64,000 nt of DNA from an uncultured bacterium (GTDB taxonomy: Bacteria > Planctomycetota > SZUA-567 > JAKLDR01), in assembly GCA_965370045.1 (NCBI GenBank), contig CBDUSI010000003.1:11256-75255 (forward strand), in the 5' to 3' direction. Made by a program: the position numbers and the translations under genes. Positions 1 to 9,916 of this stretch are shown piece by piece. The first letter of the stretch is position 1. Each line of letters starts with the position of its first letter. A model generated the notes under the pieces. That model did not search any database and was not told the DNA's origin. It was given only the letters and a program-made list of their open reading frames with translations.

Positions 1-229
1 CCTCGCGGCCGCGGAGCCGGTCGGCGCGCGCGGCGTAGATGATGTTCACGATGGGCAGCGGCGCGTAGAGCACGCGGAGGGGCGCTCGCCGCAATCGGCG
101 CAGGACGGCCAGCAGGCGCACCAGCGGCCAAAGCAAGAGGTAGGGCAGAGCCAGGATCGCGACGGAGAGCGCGCCCAGGAGCGCCGGCGCGCACCCGCAG
201 CGCCGCGGCGAGTCGCCGGGAGAACTCAC
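1..229 (-). CDS. partial CDS (first 76 codons; continues past window start); hydrophobic N-terminus, possibly a paralog of the adjacent glycosyltransferase-like gene
   Basis: GTG at 229 overlaps the TGA (226-228) of the upstream gene (GTGA) and the frame is open to position 1. Translation is VSSPGDSPRRCGCAPALLGALSVAILALPYLLLWPLVRLLAVLRRLRRAPLRVLYAPLPIVNIIYAARADRLRG. The RVLY..I.N..Y.AR segment echoes RVLFIGNIANNAYLNARFLND of the 226-1827 protein. Confidence 0.35.
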   Translation of the reverse strand, partial: MSSPGDSPRRCGCAPALLGALSVAILALPYLLLWPLVRLLAVLRRLRRAPLRVLYAPLPIVNIIYAARADRLRGRE

Positions 230-1827
230 ACTTTCATCTCCGTGGGAGCGGTCTTTCCCTTCATGATGTTCTCGTACATTTCGAGGTGCCGCTTGACGAC
301 CACCTCCGCCGAGTGGTGGCGCCGGTACCAGTCGCGACCCGTCTCCTCCAGTTCCCGTCGGAAGTCCGCGTCGGAACTGAACCGCCGCAGCCTCTCGAAG
401 ACCTCGTCCGGGGTGCGCGCATTGAGCACCGGCGGAAGCTCCGGGAAACACCAGCGGTGGGTGTCCTCGTTCAGGTAGATCATGCAGGCCCGGCCGCAGG
501 CCAGGGCCTTGGGCAGCGTGCTGCCGAAGGCGCCCAGGAAGAACTGGTCGGCGACCAGGTCGCAGGCCTTTACGTAGCGGACCATCTTGAGATGTGGTTG
601 CGGCGGGACCCAGAGAACGCGGTCCGCGATGCCCAGCTCGGCGAGCAGCGCCTCGGTTTCCGGCACCTTCCGGCCCCAGCGCACCAGGACTGCGCCGGCT
701 TTCGGATTGACTTCCTTGACGAAGCGCGCCAGGCCCCGCAGGAAGATGTCGTTGCCCTTCTCCCAATCGGGGTGCCGGCGCTCCTCCCAATGCTGGCGGG
801 CGGGATGGAATACCAGGAAGTCGGCGTCCAGCTTGCCGGCGAGCTCCTCGCGCAATTGAGACACGCCATCAGTGCCGTCGACACCCGCCGGGTTCACCGG
901 GTGGGGGATGAACCGGTAGTTGTCGAGTTCGAGTTTCCTGGCGGCCTCGATGTTGTCGCAGTTGGTGATGACCACGCCATCGGCCAGGCGGTAGGCCAGG
1001 GCGGTGAGCCGCCCCGTGGCGTCGTCCTGGAAGGGAATGCTGCGCAGGGTGCCGTGCTCGAAGGCCACGTAGGGCCGCGCGCCGCAGATCATGGGAAAGA
1101 TCGGATCGGTGGAGCAGGCCTGAACGATATCGTAGCGGGCGAAGAGCTTCTTCCAGAGGGACAGGCGTGAGGAGCAGGAAACCAGGTCCTCCGCGGACAC
1201 CGCGTCCGGCCGATCCGGAAATGCCCGGCGGTAGGCGTCGGCCAGTCGAGCCACCAGTCCTTCGGGCGGAGCCCGCCGGGCGCCCGGCTCCCGGGGTGCG
1301 CCGGCCAGCGCCCGCGCCCACTTGCGAGCGCTGCGTGTCGGCAGGAACACCAGCCACACTATGAGTTCCCACGCCCAGCTGCCCAGAGAAAGTATCCGGG
1401 CCCACTTCCGGCACCTGAGCCAGCGGTAGGCTTTGAGGGCCTTCCACCAAATCCGCACCCAGCGCTCATCGCCCCGCCGGCGGGCCAGCAGGTAGCGAAC
1501 GCACAGCTTCAAGGGGCCCTGCGCGAACCACTCGGGCCTGGCGAATCCGTTGAGATTCATCGACGACCAGTCCGGCGAAAAATGCTCCCCGACCTCGCCC
1601 TCGAAATCGGCGTCCTCCCACTCCGGGCAGCCCATTATGTGATAGTAGTCGTGGCAGATGACGTCGCAGTCCAAGCCGGCATCATTGAGAAACCTGGCGT
1701 TGAGATATGCGTTATTGGCGATGTTGCCTATGAACAGGACGCGAAGCGGGCGGCCCTGGGGGCCCTTGAGCTTGGCGTTCCGTTGCGCAGGCATGACTGT
1801 AAGCGGGCCGGCTACCCGCTCAGGCAA
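226..1827 (-). CDS. glycosyltransferase, GT-B fold (family 1/4-like), 533 aa
   Basis: Track ORF. The C-terminal half has a GT1-type pattern (DADFLVFHPARQ..GNDIFLRGLARF..LVRWGRK..LGIADRVLWVPPQPHLKMVRYVKACDLVADQF.LGAFGSTLPKALACGRACM). It sits in a glycan locus. Confidence 0.6.
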   Translation of the reverse strand: MPERVAGPLTVMPAQRNAKLKGPQGRPLRVLFIGNIANNAYLNARFLNDAGLDCDVICHDYYHIMGCPEWEDADFEGEVGEHFSPDWSSMNLNGFARPEWFAQGPLKLCVRYLLARRRGDERWVRIWWKALKAYRWLRCRKWARILSLGSWAWELIVWLVFLPTRSARKWARALAGAPREPGARRAPPEGLVARLADAYRRAFPDRPDAVSAEDLVSCSSRLSLWKKLFARYDIVQACSTDPIFPMICGARPYVAFEHGTLRSIPFQDDATGRLTALAYRLADGVVITNCDNIEAARKLELDNYRFIPHPVNPAGVDGTDGVSQLREELAGKLDADFLVFHPARQHWEERRHPDWEKGNDIFLRGLARFVKEVNPKAGAVLVRWGRKVPETEALLAELGIADRVLWVPPQPHLKMVRYVKACDLVADQFFLGAFGSTLPKALACGRACMIYLNEDTHRWCFPELPPVLNARTPDEVFERLRRFSSDADFRRELEETGRDWYRRHHSAEVVVKRHLEMYENIMKGKTAPTEMKV

Positions 1828-1860
1828 GTGAAAAGGCGGAGGGGGTTGCGCTTCAGCATG

Positions 1861-3225
1861 TCATCGTCCACCTGTCAGCTCGGCGGAGGCGTCCCCGTCG
1901 CCCTCCGTGAGTTGCCGGACCTTCACGGTGCAGTTCATATTGTAGTCGCCCATGAACTTAACGGTAGTGCTCACTGTGAAAACGAGGACGCTGTGCGCCA
2001 GGTGAAGGACCACGAACCTGCCCAGATGGTCCAGCGTCTTGGCGACACCGGCGTTCAAGACGTACTGCCCGTTTTGCAGATTGCATTGCCAGTCAAAGTC
2101 CACCTCCACCGCATGCCCCGCGCGTATGGGGATGGTCATGTCATAGTTCTGAGTACTGGTGCCGTACAGCGTGGACCCCTGGGGCTTCTGAATCCGAAAA
2201 CCGACGCTGATGTTGTCGTGGTCCACCAGGCTCCGGCAGCGCACACGTACCGTGTAGCGCTTGCCGTGCTCCAGGACGGACGCGCCGCTTCCGTCAGCCG
2301 CGTAGACCCCCATGCCCTCGACGTAGGTGGGAGAATCCTCGGGCCTGGGCACCTCTACCCAGGCTCCGTCAGACTGTATCTCGCCCGCCGGCTCGGCGCT
2401 CCGGTCAGCCTGAGCCTGTTCGGCTTGCCTCTCCCCTCCGTCGGGTCCAGGCGGGCCCCAAGACCAGCGCATGGCCTTGGCCCGGTCCCTGCGGAGAACG
2501 TCCTCGTAGGTCGCGCCCACGTCCTTGGGGTGCCCGATGGCCACCAGGGCGCCCTGGTGCAGCAGAATGGCACGGTTGCAGAGCTCGTATATGGACTGAA
2601 ATGCATGGGTCACGTACAGGACTGTTGCGCCGCCGGCCGCTATCTCGCGGATGCGGTTGTAGCACTTCTCCGCGAAAAGCGCGTCTCCCACGGACAAGGC
2701 TTCGTCAATGATCAGGACGTCGGGCTCGACGCTGGCGGCCACCGAGAAGGTCAGCCGGGCCTGCATCCCGCTGGAGTAGGTCCTGAAGGGCTGGTTGATC
2801 ACCTCCCGCAGCTCGCTGAACTCGATGATGGAATCGACCTTGCTCTCGATCTCCTGGCGGCTCATGCCCAGGCACAGGCCGCCCATGATAACGTTCTCGC
2901 GGCCGGTGTATTCGGGATGAAAGCCGGTGCCCAGTTCGAGGATCGCCGAGACCTTCCCGTTGACCACGGCGTCGCCGGAGGTCTTGTCCAGCGTCCCGGC
3001 CAGGATCTTGAGCAGGGTGCTCTTGCCCGCGCCGTTGCGGCCGATGATCCCCACGACCTCGCCGCGCCGCACCTCGAAGGACACGTCCTTCAGCGCCCGG
3101 CACTCGGTGTGGCGCGGCCTGCGCGTGATCAGCTCCCAGAGCATGTCTCGCGGCCGGGAATAGACCTTGAACCTCTTGGAGAGGCCCCGGACGCTTATGG
3201 CCACGTCGCCGCCCGCGCCGCTCAC
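1861..3225 (-). CDS. wzt: polysaccharide/O-antigen ABC exporter ATP-binding protein with C-terminal glycan-binding (Wzt_C-type) domain
   Basis: GTG 3225 overlaps the wzm stop (GTGA). Walker A GRNGAGKST, signature YSSGMQARL, Walker B VLIIDEALSVGD. About 200 aa extend beyond the NBD. The N-terminal part of the 576-aa track ORF lies inside wzm and is discarded. Confidence 0.9.
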   Translation of the reverse strand: MSGAGGDVAISVRGLSKRFKVYSRPRDMLWELITRRPRHTECRALKDVSFEVRRGEVVGIIGRNGAGKSTLLKILAGTLDKTSGDAVVNGKVSAILELGTGFHPEYTGRENVIMGGLCLGMSRQEIESKVDSIIEFSELREVINQPFRTYSSGMQARLTFSVAASVEPDVLIIDEALSVGDALFAEKCYNRIREIAAGGATVLYVTHAFQSIYELCNRAILLHQGALVAIGHPKDVGATYEDVLRRDRAKAMRWSWGPPGPDGGERQAEQAQADRSAEPAGEIQSDGAWVEVPRPEDSPTYVEGMGVYAADGSGASVLEHGKRYTVRVRCRSLVDHDNISVGFRIQKPQGSTLYGTSTQNYDMTIPIRAGHAVEVDFDWQCNLQNGQYVLNAGVAKTLDHLGRFVVLHLAHSVLVFTVSTTVKFMGDYNMNCTVKVRQLTEGDGDASAELTGGR

Positions 3226-4049
3226 AGCACGTTCCCGAACATTGGCTTGAGCCTGCGAAAGGCCAGGTACCCCGCGTAGAAAGTCCCCAGGCTCAGCGCC
3301 GCGAAGACGCCCCAGGCCCAGGGGTGCTCGAATCTCCCGAAGTAGCAGGCGTCCTGGTAGCACCAGACCATGTAGCTGAAGGGGTTGGCGTAGATGACCG
3401 GCTTGAACAGCGCGGGCACCTGGTCGGGCAAGTAGAACACCGGCATCAGGAAAACGCCGACGAAGGAGAAGACCTGGACGACGTCCTTCAAGTCGCGAAA
3501 ATAAGCTCCGATGGATGACAAGAGAAAGCCAAGGCCGATCATCCCGATACACTGCAGGATCATCAGTACTGGCAGCAGCAGGTAAGTCCACCAGAGCCTG
3601 CCGTCCGGCGCCGCCAACACGTAGACGATCAGGGCAACCGTGCCTACGAGTTGCGGCAGCATTGAGGAGAGCGCGCCCTTTATCGGCAGCACTTCCAGCG
3701 GGAAGACCACCTGCTTGACCAGGTTGGCGTTAGAGGTGATCGCCGCCGCGTTCTTGTTCATGGATTCCTGTACGGCCAGCCAGGGCAGAAAGCCGCTGAG
3801 GAAGTAGATCGTGAAGAGCGCTTTGCTGCCTTCCATCTCCGCCTTGTGAACGATCACGAAGAGGAAGAAGTAGACCGCCACGAGGATCAGCGGGTGACAT
3901 ACTGCCCAGGCCGCGCCCAGGATGTGCCGGGTGTAACGGTCCCGGACCTCCCGCTTGGTCATCTCCCAGGTGAGTTCGCGATGCCGGCTGGGCAGGCCGG
4001 CGAGTTCCCGGACCGCCGCCCAGTGGTCTCTGGGGCTCAGGAAGGCCAC
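3222..4049 (-). CDS. wzm: ABC-2 type polysaccharide exporter permease
   Basis: GTG 4049 gives a 13-nt overlap with the asnB end. Motif LTWEMTKREVRDRYTRHILGAAWAVCHPL is followed by about 6 hydrophobic helices. The rest of the 548-aa track ORF is Arg/Pro/Ala-rich shadow inside asnB. Confidence 0.88.
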   Translation of the reverse strand: MAFLSPRDHWAAVRELAGLPSRHRELTWEMTKREVRDRYTRHILGAAWAVCHPLILVAVYFFLFVIVHKAEMEGSKALFTIYFLSGFLPWLAVQESMNKNAAAITSNANLVKQVVFPLEVLPIKGALSSMLPQLVGTVALIVYVLAAPDGRLWWTYLLLPVLMILQCIGMIGLGFLLSSIGAYFRDLKDVVQVFSFVGVFLMPVFYLPDQVPALFKPVIYANPFSYMVWCYQDACYFGRFEHPWAWGVFAALSLGTFYAGYLAFRRLKPMFGNVL

Positions 4050-6037
4050 GCTGTCACTTTCTTGTCCACGAAATGCCGCTGGAGCCACTCCAGACTCAGC
4101 AGCGACCAGATCAGAAGCCGGTGATTGTGCTGTCCGTTGAAATGCTCGTCGAGCGTGCGTTTCACGCCCCCCTGGTCGAACCAGGGACGCGCCAGGGTTC
4201 GCTCGTCGAAGAGAATCTCCTTGATGTAATCCATTGACGGGCCGCGGTACCAGTTGGCGTCCGGCGGACTGAAGCCCTGCTTCTTCTGCTGGGTGTACTC
4301 CGGCGGCAGGAAGCGCTCCATGGCCCGGCGCAGCACCTGCTTGCCATCGGCGGTCTCCATGTGCGCGTCGTTCCGTTTGCGGCGGGTGTTCTCGACGTCC
4401 ACCTTGTGGCTCGGCGGGATTGAAAGCGCGCAGGCCGCCAGGTCGTTGTCCAGGAAGGGCACCCGCGCCTCCAGCGAATGGGCGCTGCTCAGGCGGTCCT
4501 CGATGACCAGCAGCCCGTGCAGGAAGGTGGTGTAGTCGATGTAGAAGGCGCGGCGCAGCATGTTGCCAACGCGGTCGAGGCGCCCGTCGGGCTCCGGAGC
4601 GCCCCGGAGCATCTCGCCGAAGCGCTCCCGGGCTCCGGCCAGGCGGGGCCGAAGGTCCCCGGAGAAAATCTCCGGCAGGCGCTCGGGGGAAAGCAGCCGG
4701 TGCCAGTAGCGGAAGGCCCGCTTCTCGAAATCGTTCCCGTCCGGCGCGTCGATGAACAGCCGGTAGCGCCAGGGGTAGCCGCCGAAGAGCTCGTCCCCGC
4801 CGCCGCCGGCGAGGCAGACCTTTACGAAGCGGCTGGCCAGCTTGGCGGTGTACCAGTTCTGGTGGCACATCCCGCAGCGGGGGTCGTCCAGGTGCCAGGT
4901 GAGCCGTTCCATCGCGGCGGGCATGTCCCCGGCGTGCAGGACCACGTCGTAGTGCTCGGTCTGGAGGATGTAGGAAAGCCGCTCGGCCTGCCGGCGCTCG
5001 TCAAAGCCCTGTTCGATGCCGTTGACGTTGGTCATGTCGAAGCCGCCGGTGAAGGTCAGGAGGCGCGGAATGTGCCGGCCGGCCACGGCCACGATCGACC
5101 CTGAGTCCATGCCGCCGGAAAGGTAGGAACCCACCTCGACGTCGGCCACCAGCTGGCGCTCGACGGCCTGCTCGAACAGATCGGCCACCCGCTCGGCGGA
5201 AGCCTCGGGACTCTCTTCCGAGAACTCGCCGGGGAACACCTCCACGTAGCGCCGCGGTTCGCTGGCCCCCGCCCCCGCTCTCCCGCCAACGGGAACCTCG
5301 AGATACGAGCCCTGGGGAAGCAGACGGATCCCCGAGAACAGCGTTTCCTCGCCGTAGAGGTTCTGGAAGGTCATGTAGGCGGCTATCGCGTCGGGGGAGA
5401 GCTGGGGTTCGACCAGGCCGCTGGCCAGGATGCCCTTTATCTCGCTGGCGAAGACCAGAAAATCCGCCGTCCGGGCGTAGTAGAGCGGCTTCACACCGAA
5501 GCGGTCGCGGGCCAGGGTGAGCATCCCCCGATCGCGGTCGAAGATCGCAAAGGCGAACATGCCGTTGAGCAGCGGCAGCCCCTCGGCGCCGTGCTGCGCC
5601 CAGAGGTGCAGAATAACTTCCGCGTCGGTCCGTGAGCGAAAGACGCGCCCGGCGGCGCCCAGTTGCGACCTGAGCTCCTGGAAGTTGTAGACCTCGCCGT
5701 TGTAGGAGAGCCACAGACGCTGGCCCGGGCCGCTCATCGGCTGGTGGCCGGCGGGCGAGAGGTCGATGATCGCCAGCCGCCGGTGGCCGAGGGCCAGGTC
5801 GAAGTCGTGGCCGGCCAGTTCCTCGCGGCAGCGGCCCTCTCCGAGGGGCGGCAGGTCTTCGTTGGAGTGGCGGAACTCCGGGTCAGTGAAAGCGCAGCAT
5901 CCGCTGTCGTCTCTCCGGAAGAAGGCGTAACCGGCATCGTCGGGCCCGCGGTGGGCCATGACGTCGCACATGGCCTTGATCCGGTCCGTGGGAACCGGAC
6001 GGTCGCCGAGCCTGACGATTCCCGCTATGCCGCACAC
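4037..6037 (-). CDS. asnB: asparagine synthase (glutamine-hydrolysing) family amidotransferase
   Basis: N-terminal MCGIAG nucleophile Cys. PP-loop YLSGGMDSGSIV. 666 aa. Confidence 0.92.
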   Translation of the reverse strand: MCGIAGIVRLGDRPVPTDRIKAMCDVMAHRGPDDAGYAFFRRDDSGCCAFTDPEFRHSNEDLPPLGEGRCREELAGHDFDLALGHRRLAIIDLSPAGHQPMSGPGQRLWLSYNGEVYNFQELRSQLGAAGRVFRSRTDAEVILHLWAQHGAEGLPLLNGMFAFAIFDRDRGMLTLARDRFGVKPLYYARTADFLVFASEIKGILASGLVEPQLSPDAIAAYMTFQNLYGEETLFSGIRLLPQGSYLEVPVGGRAGAGASEPRRYVEVFPGEFSEESPEASAERVADLFEQAVERQLVADVEVGSYLSGGMDSGSIVAVAGRHIPRLLTFTGGFDMTNVNGIEQGFDERRQAERLSYILQTEHYDVVLHAGDMPAAMERLTWHLDDPRCGMCHQNWYTAKLASRFVKVCLAGGGGDELFGGYPWRYRLFIDAPDGNDFEKRAFRYWHRLLSPERLPEIFSGDLRPRLAGARERFGEMLRGAPEPDGRLDRVGNMLRRAFYIDYTTFLHGLLVIEDRLSSAHSLEARVPFLDNDLAACALSIPPSHKVDVENTRRKRNDAHMETADGKQVLRRAMERFLPPEYTQQKKQGFSPPDANWYRGPSMDYIKEILFDERTLARPWFDQGGVKRTLDEHFNGQHNHRLLIWSLLSLEWLQRHFVDKKVTAWPS

Positions 6038-6038
6038 G

Positions 6039-7469
6039 CTATTTCTTCCCCCCCGCAGCGGCCCTGTCCTTCAGCTTGCCTTTCGTTTCTCGCAGGTCGA
6101 CCACGAAATGCGTGCGGCTCCAGGGGGACACCCGAGCGCCGCGAAAACTCTTTGGCTGCTCGGTCACGGGAGCCAGGCGGATGCCGGGTCCAATAACATA
6201 TCGGGCCCGACAGTGAATCTTCAGCTCGTCGGGGATGACCTCGTCCACTCCGTAGTTCCGCGACAGCTTCGGCAGCTTCCAGTCCAGCCCGTAGTTCGAC
6301 TCCCGGGCGTCGAGTTTCTCGCCCTTGACCATGCCCTTCCTGCCCATGTAGTCGAGATAGGTCCGCCGGTCGAACTGGTCCTGGAGGTAGACGGCATCGC
6401 CGTAGACGGCATGGTCAAACTGCTTCTCCACCTTGAAGACCAAGACGCGCGGGCCCAGGTTCTTCTGGCCGATTTCGCGGGCGCTGTGGCGACAGAGGGG
6501 CACGTCATAGTACGGGTCGACGTAGCGCCACTTGCCGTCGAGATGGACTTCGAGCGCGGAGTGCCCGCGGTCGGGATATATCGGCTCCAGGCGCGGGCAA
6601 TACCCGGCCACGCCCCTGCAGCGCAGTCCCTGGTACTCCAGGAAGGCGGCCAGGAGCCCGTTGACGTGTCCGCACTCTCCGAGGCCCCGCTTGAACGTGT
6701 CCAGGGGCTTTCTCATCCAGGTATCGCTCGCCCAGGAATACGTCTGGCGCACGTAGGAGAAGGTTTCTCTGACTGCTTCCTCCCTGGAAAGTCCCAGACC
6801 CAGCGCGACGGCCTGCTTCTGAAGTTCCTCCTTGTTGAGCTTGGCGCGATCACGCGGCAGACGCAACAAGAAGGCGCGGAAGGGAAGCTTGACTCGCGGT
6901 CCGCCACCGATGTCGCTGCGATGCTGGCTGCGGGTCATGGAGTAGTATCTTCCCCGGGGAGAGTCGAGGTCTTCGGAAAGAGTGAGCGGAAGAAGCAGAG
7001 GCATTCTGACCAGGTTGGGGCTGTCGAAGTCCTTGGACGTATCCAGTTCGAAGTAGTATATGGTGTTGAGTTCGGCGACGCCCTTCGTGAAGCTTGCCGC
7101 CAGCGCCTGCCTGTCCACCGGCGCAACTCTTATCAGCGGATGAAGGTCCCGAACGACGGCGCCCCTTCGTGGCGGAGAGACAAACTTGAGCTTGGGAAGG
7201 GACGTGTCCGGGTAGGCCACCTGGAACGTCAGGAAGTAGCGACTGTAATCTCCCTCCGTGTACAGGACCTTGTCGGACTTCTTGACCAGGCGAGACCTGA
7301 GGTCCGCCGCCTCTGCTTCCAGGCGTCCGCGGTCCGTCCTGAGAGCCTTGTGTTTGGCTCGGGAAGTCTTGTATTTCATCCGGTAGAGGTGCGCGGTCCA
7401 GCCCAACGCCGCAATAGCGGCGACGGCCGCGGCAGCTGCGCTCCAGGGCAGTACCCGACGAAGTCTCAT
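6039..7469 (-). CDS. membrane-anchored transglutaminase-like (Cys-His-Asp core) protein
   Basis: ATG 7469 gives the signal-anchor MRLRRVLPWSAAAAAVAAIAALGW, and the 42 upstream codons of the track ORF run up against the gene ending at 7507. Charged coiled segment, then LGECGHVNGLLAAFLEYQGLRCR...GHSALEVHLDGKWRYVDP. Confidence 0.65.
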   Translation of the reverse strand: MRLRRVLPWSAAAAAVAAIAALGWTAHLYRMKYKTSRAKHKALRTDRGRLEAEAADLRSRLVKKSDKVLYTEGDYSRYFLTFQVAYPDTSLPKLKFVSPPRRGAVVRDLHPLIRVAPVDRQALAASFTKGVAELNTIYYFELDTSKDFDSPNLVRMPLLLPLTLSEDLDSPRGRYYSMTRSQHRSDIGGGPRVKLPFRAFLLRLPRDRAKLNKEELQKQAVALGLGLSREEAVRETFSYVRQTYSWASDTWMRKPLDTFKRGLGECGHVNGLLAAFLEYQGLRCRGVAGYCPRLEPIYPDRGHSALEVHLDGKWRYVDPYYDVPLCRHSAREIGQKNLGPRVLVFKVEKQFDHAVYGDAVYLQDQFDRRTYLDYMGRKGMVKGEKLDARESNYGLDWKLPKLSRNYGVDEVIPDELKIHCRARYVIGPGIRLAPVTEQPKSFRGARVSPWSRTHFVVDLRETKGKLKDRAAAGGKK

Positions 7470-7506
7470 GTTACCCTCGGTCGCCAAGGGATAGCCGTGC
7501 CCCAGG

Positions 7507-8493
7507 CTACGGCGTCTTGCGCGACAACTCCACGGTGTCTCTGTGGTTCCGGCGCCACTCGACCAGCCGCTGCATTCCTTCGCGAAGATCCACACTCCAC
7601 TTGAAGCCCAGGTCGCGTTCGGCCGCTTCGGTTGAGCCGACGCGGTTGGTCACGAAGGTCCGCCCCGCGGGCTGGTATTCGATCTCCAGGTCCGAGCCGC
7701 GGAGGCTCAGGAGCAGCTCGGCCAGTTCCCGGATGGAGGTCTTGACCCCCCGGCCCACGTTGTAGAGGCCGAAGGGCGCCTCGCTCTTGAGCGCGCAGAT
7801 GTTGGCCCGGGCCACGTCGGAAACCTCGACGAAGTCGTAGGCCTGGGCACCGTCGCCGAATACTTTGGGCCGCTCGCCGCGGTCGATGCAGTCCAGTATC
7901 TTCATCATCACCGCGATGTAGGCCCCGCGGTAGTCCTGCCGCGGGCCGTAGACGTTCATGTACCTGAGGCCCACGCCCTGGAGCCCGTAACGCTTGTGAA
8001 AGGACCTGAGCATGTGCTCGCCGGCGATCTTGGTCGCGCCGTAGAAGGTCCAGTTGTTGTAGGGATGGGCCTCGGTCATGGGCTCCTCGGCCGCGTCGCC
8101 GTAGACCGAGGCCGAGCTGGAGTAGACCAGCCGCTCCACCCCGTGCTTCACGCAGGCCTGGAGCACGTTGAAAGTGCCGCGCACGTTGACCTCGAAAGCC
8201 GACTCCGGGAACTCGTGGCAGTGCAGCAGCCACAGCGCGGCCAGGTGCACCACGGCATCAACGCCCTCGAAGGCCTGGTCCAGAATGTCGGTCTGGCAGA
8301 TGTCGCCGCCGAGCGGGAAGACGCCGCAGCGCTTATCCTTGAGAGCCTCGGCGAGGTTCTCGCGGGTGCCGCGCACGAAGTTGTCGTAGACCACCACCTC
8401 GCGCACCGGCTCGGCCAGCAGCTGCTCAATGACGTGCGACCCGATCAGGCCCGCGCCGCCGATCACGAGAATCTTCTTATCCCCAATATCCAC
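7507..8493 (-). CDS. NAD-dependent sugar-nucleotide epimerase/dehydratase (SDR)
   Basis: Rossmann motif VIGGAGLIGSH. Catalytic YGATKIAGE (YxxxK). 328 aa. Confidence 0.88.
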   Translation of the reverse strand: MDIGDKKILVIGGAGLIGSHVIEQLLAEPVREVVVYDNFVRGTRENLAEALKDKRCGVFPLGGDICQTDILDQAFEGVDAVVHLAALWLLHCHEFPESAFEVNVRGTFNVLQACVKHGVERLVYSSSASVYGDAAEEPMTEAHPYNNWTFYGATKIAGEHMLRSFHKRYGLQGVGLRYMNVYGPRQDYRGAYIAVMMKILDCIDRGERPKVFGDGAQAYDFVEVSDVARANICALKSEAPFGLYNVGRGVKTSIRELAELLLSLRGSDLEIEYQPAGRTFVTNRVGSTEAAERDLGFKWSVDLREGMQRLVEWRRNHRDTVELSRKTP

Positions 8494-8571
8494 AGCCGGT
8501 TAGCATCCCCCCTTCGTGCTGCCAGCGCAGTTCCCGGTTTGGCGGTCGTGAGGGCTCCGCCTAATCTTGGC

Positions 8572-8599
8572 GATTCTATCGGCCTGCGTATTAGAATCA
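8572..8599 (-). promoter_or_regulatory. candidate sigma70-type promoter for the 7507-8493 epimerase gene
   Basis: Minus strand reads TTGATT-16 nt-TAGAAT. The -10 and -35 regions lie in a 7-bp inverted repeat gattcta(8571-8577)/tagaatc(8591-8597), so the plus strand also shows TAGAAT at 8591-8596 facing the GT gene. Confidence 0.45.
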
Positions 8600-8652
8600 A
8601 GCGAGGGCGAACACGGCTTGCAAATCCCGCCGCGGTTCGCGATAAGTACGGC

Positions 8653-9903
8653 GTGACGCAGAAACGCATCCTGATGCTCACGCCGGACGTTTACTACCTC
8701 GACCGGCGCATCGTGCAGGAGGCCGGATCCCTGGCCTCCCGGGGATGTCGGGTCGACATCTATCCCACCAATCCCGCCCTGCGGACCGACGGCGCCTCCC
8801 TTCCCGAGGAGGTGAGCCTGCTGGCCAATCCTCGCGAGGGCCGGGGGCCGGCGGGCCTTGCGGTGAAGCTTCGCGGCCTCAAGCGCTTCCTCAGCGAGGC
8901 CTCCCCGGCGCTGCACCGCATGACGGATTCCCTGCATCACTGGGCGGTGGACCGCTGCCAGCAGATCGTTTCCGGCAACCTGCCGTTTCTCATCTCGCGG
9001 GAGAAATACGACGGCGTCTTCGCCCACGACATTCCCGTGCTGCCCCTGGCCGCGCGCCTCAAGCGGGAATGGAACTGCGCGCTGGTCTGCGACCTGCACG
9101 AGATCTTCCCGGAGATGGAGGAGACCTTCACCTCGACGCGCGCCCGGAACTACTGGCGGTCCGTCGAGAAGGAATATCTGCCGTCCGCCGACGGCATCAT
9201 CTGCGTCAATGAAGCCGTGCAGGACTACGTCCGCGAGCGCTACGCGCCGAAAGCACCGGGCATCGTCCTGCACAACGCCGCGCCCTACGTGGAGCCCGCG
9301 GGTTTGAGCGGCGCCTCGATTCGCGAGCTTTATCCCGTGCCCGAAGGCGCGCGTGTCCTGGTTTACGTCGGAACCCTCATTCAGCACAGGAACCTGGAAA
9401 CCCTGGTGGCCGGTTTCGAGCGGGCCGCTCCTGAGGGTTGGGTTTTGGCCTTCCTGGGCACGGGCCCGCTGGCCGGGCGCCTGGGGCGCCTGATCGACCG
9501 CCCGGGCCTGGCCGGCAAGGTGTTTCTGGGAAAGGACGTTCGCCAGGACGACGTGGTCAAGGTGGCCGGCTCGGCGGACGCCGGAGTGATCCCCTATCAG
9601 GCGGTGGGCTACAACCACCGAATCGCCACGCCCAACAAGCTCTTTGAGTACGCCCAGGCCCGCCTGCCGATACTGGCCTCCGACTTGCCGATGATCGCCC
9701 GGCTCCTGGCCGCGAACGGCAACGGGGTCTGCGGCGATATGTCCACGCCGGAGGCGGCCGCCGGCACGCTGCGGCGCTTTCTCAGTGAAGAATCGGGGAA
9801 GATTACCCCGGAGGTCCTGGAGCGCGCCGCGCGGGAGCTTTCCTGGGAGGAGGAGGAACCCCGGCTCCTGGAGCTGGTCGATCAGTTACTGCCGGCTTCC
9901 TGA
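8653..9903 (+). CDS. glycosyltransferase family 1 (GT-B)
   Basis: Real part of the 635-aa track ORF. GTG 8653 (or ATG 8674) gives VTQKRILMLTPDVYYLDRR. C-terminal GT1 pattern VYVGTLIQHRNLETLV..LGTGPL..IPYQAVGYNHRIATPNKLFEYAQARLPILASD. The upstream part is antisense to the epimerase gene. Confidence 0.82.
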   Translation: MTQKRILMLTPDVYYLDRRIVQEAGSLASRGCRVDIYPTNPALRTDGASLPEEVSLLANPREGRGPAGLAVKLRGLKRFLSEASPALHRMTDSLHHWAVDRCQQIVSGNLPFLISREKYDGVFAHDIPVLPLAARLKREWNCALVCDLHEIFPEMEETFTSTRARNYWRSVEKEYLPSADGIICVNEAVQDYVRERYAPKAPGIVLHNAAPYVEPAGLSGASIRELYPVPEGARVLVYVGTLIQHRNLETLVAGFERAAPEGWVLAFLGTGPLAGRLGRLIDRPGLAGKVFLGKDVRQDDVVKVAGSADAGVIPYQAVGYNHRIATPNKLFEYAQARLPILASDLPMIARLLAANGNGVCGDMSTPEAAAGTLRRFLSEESGKITPEVLERAARELSWEEEEPRLLELVDQLLPAS

Positions 9904-9916
9904 CCTTGCCGTCTAG

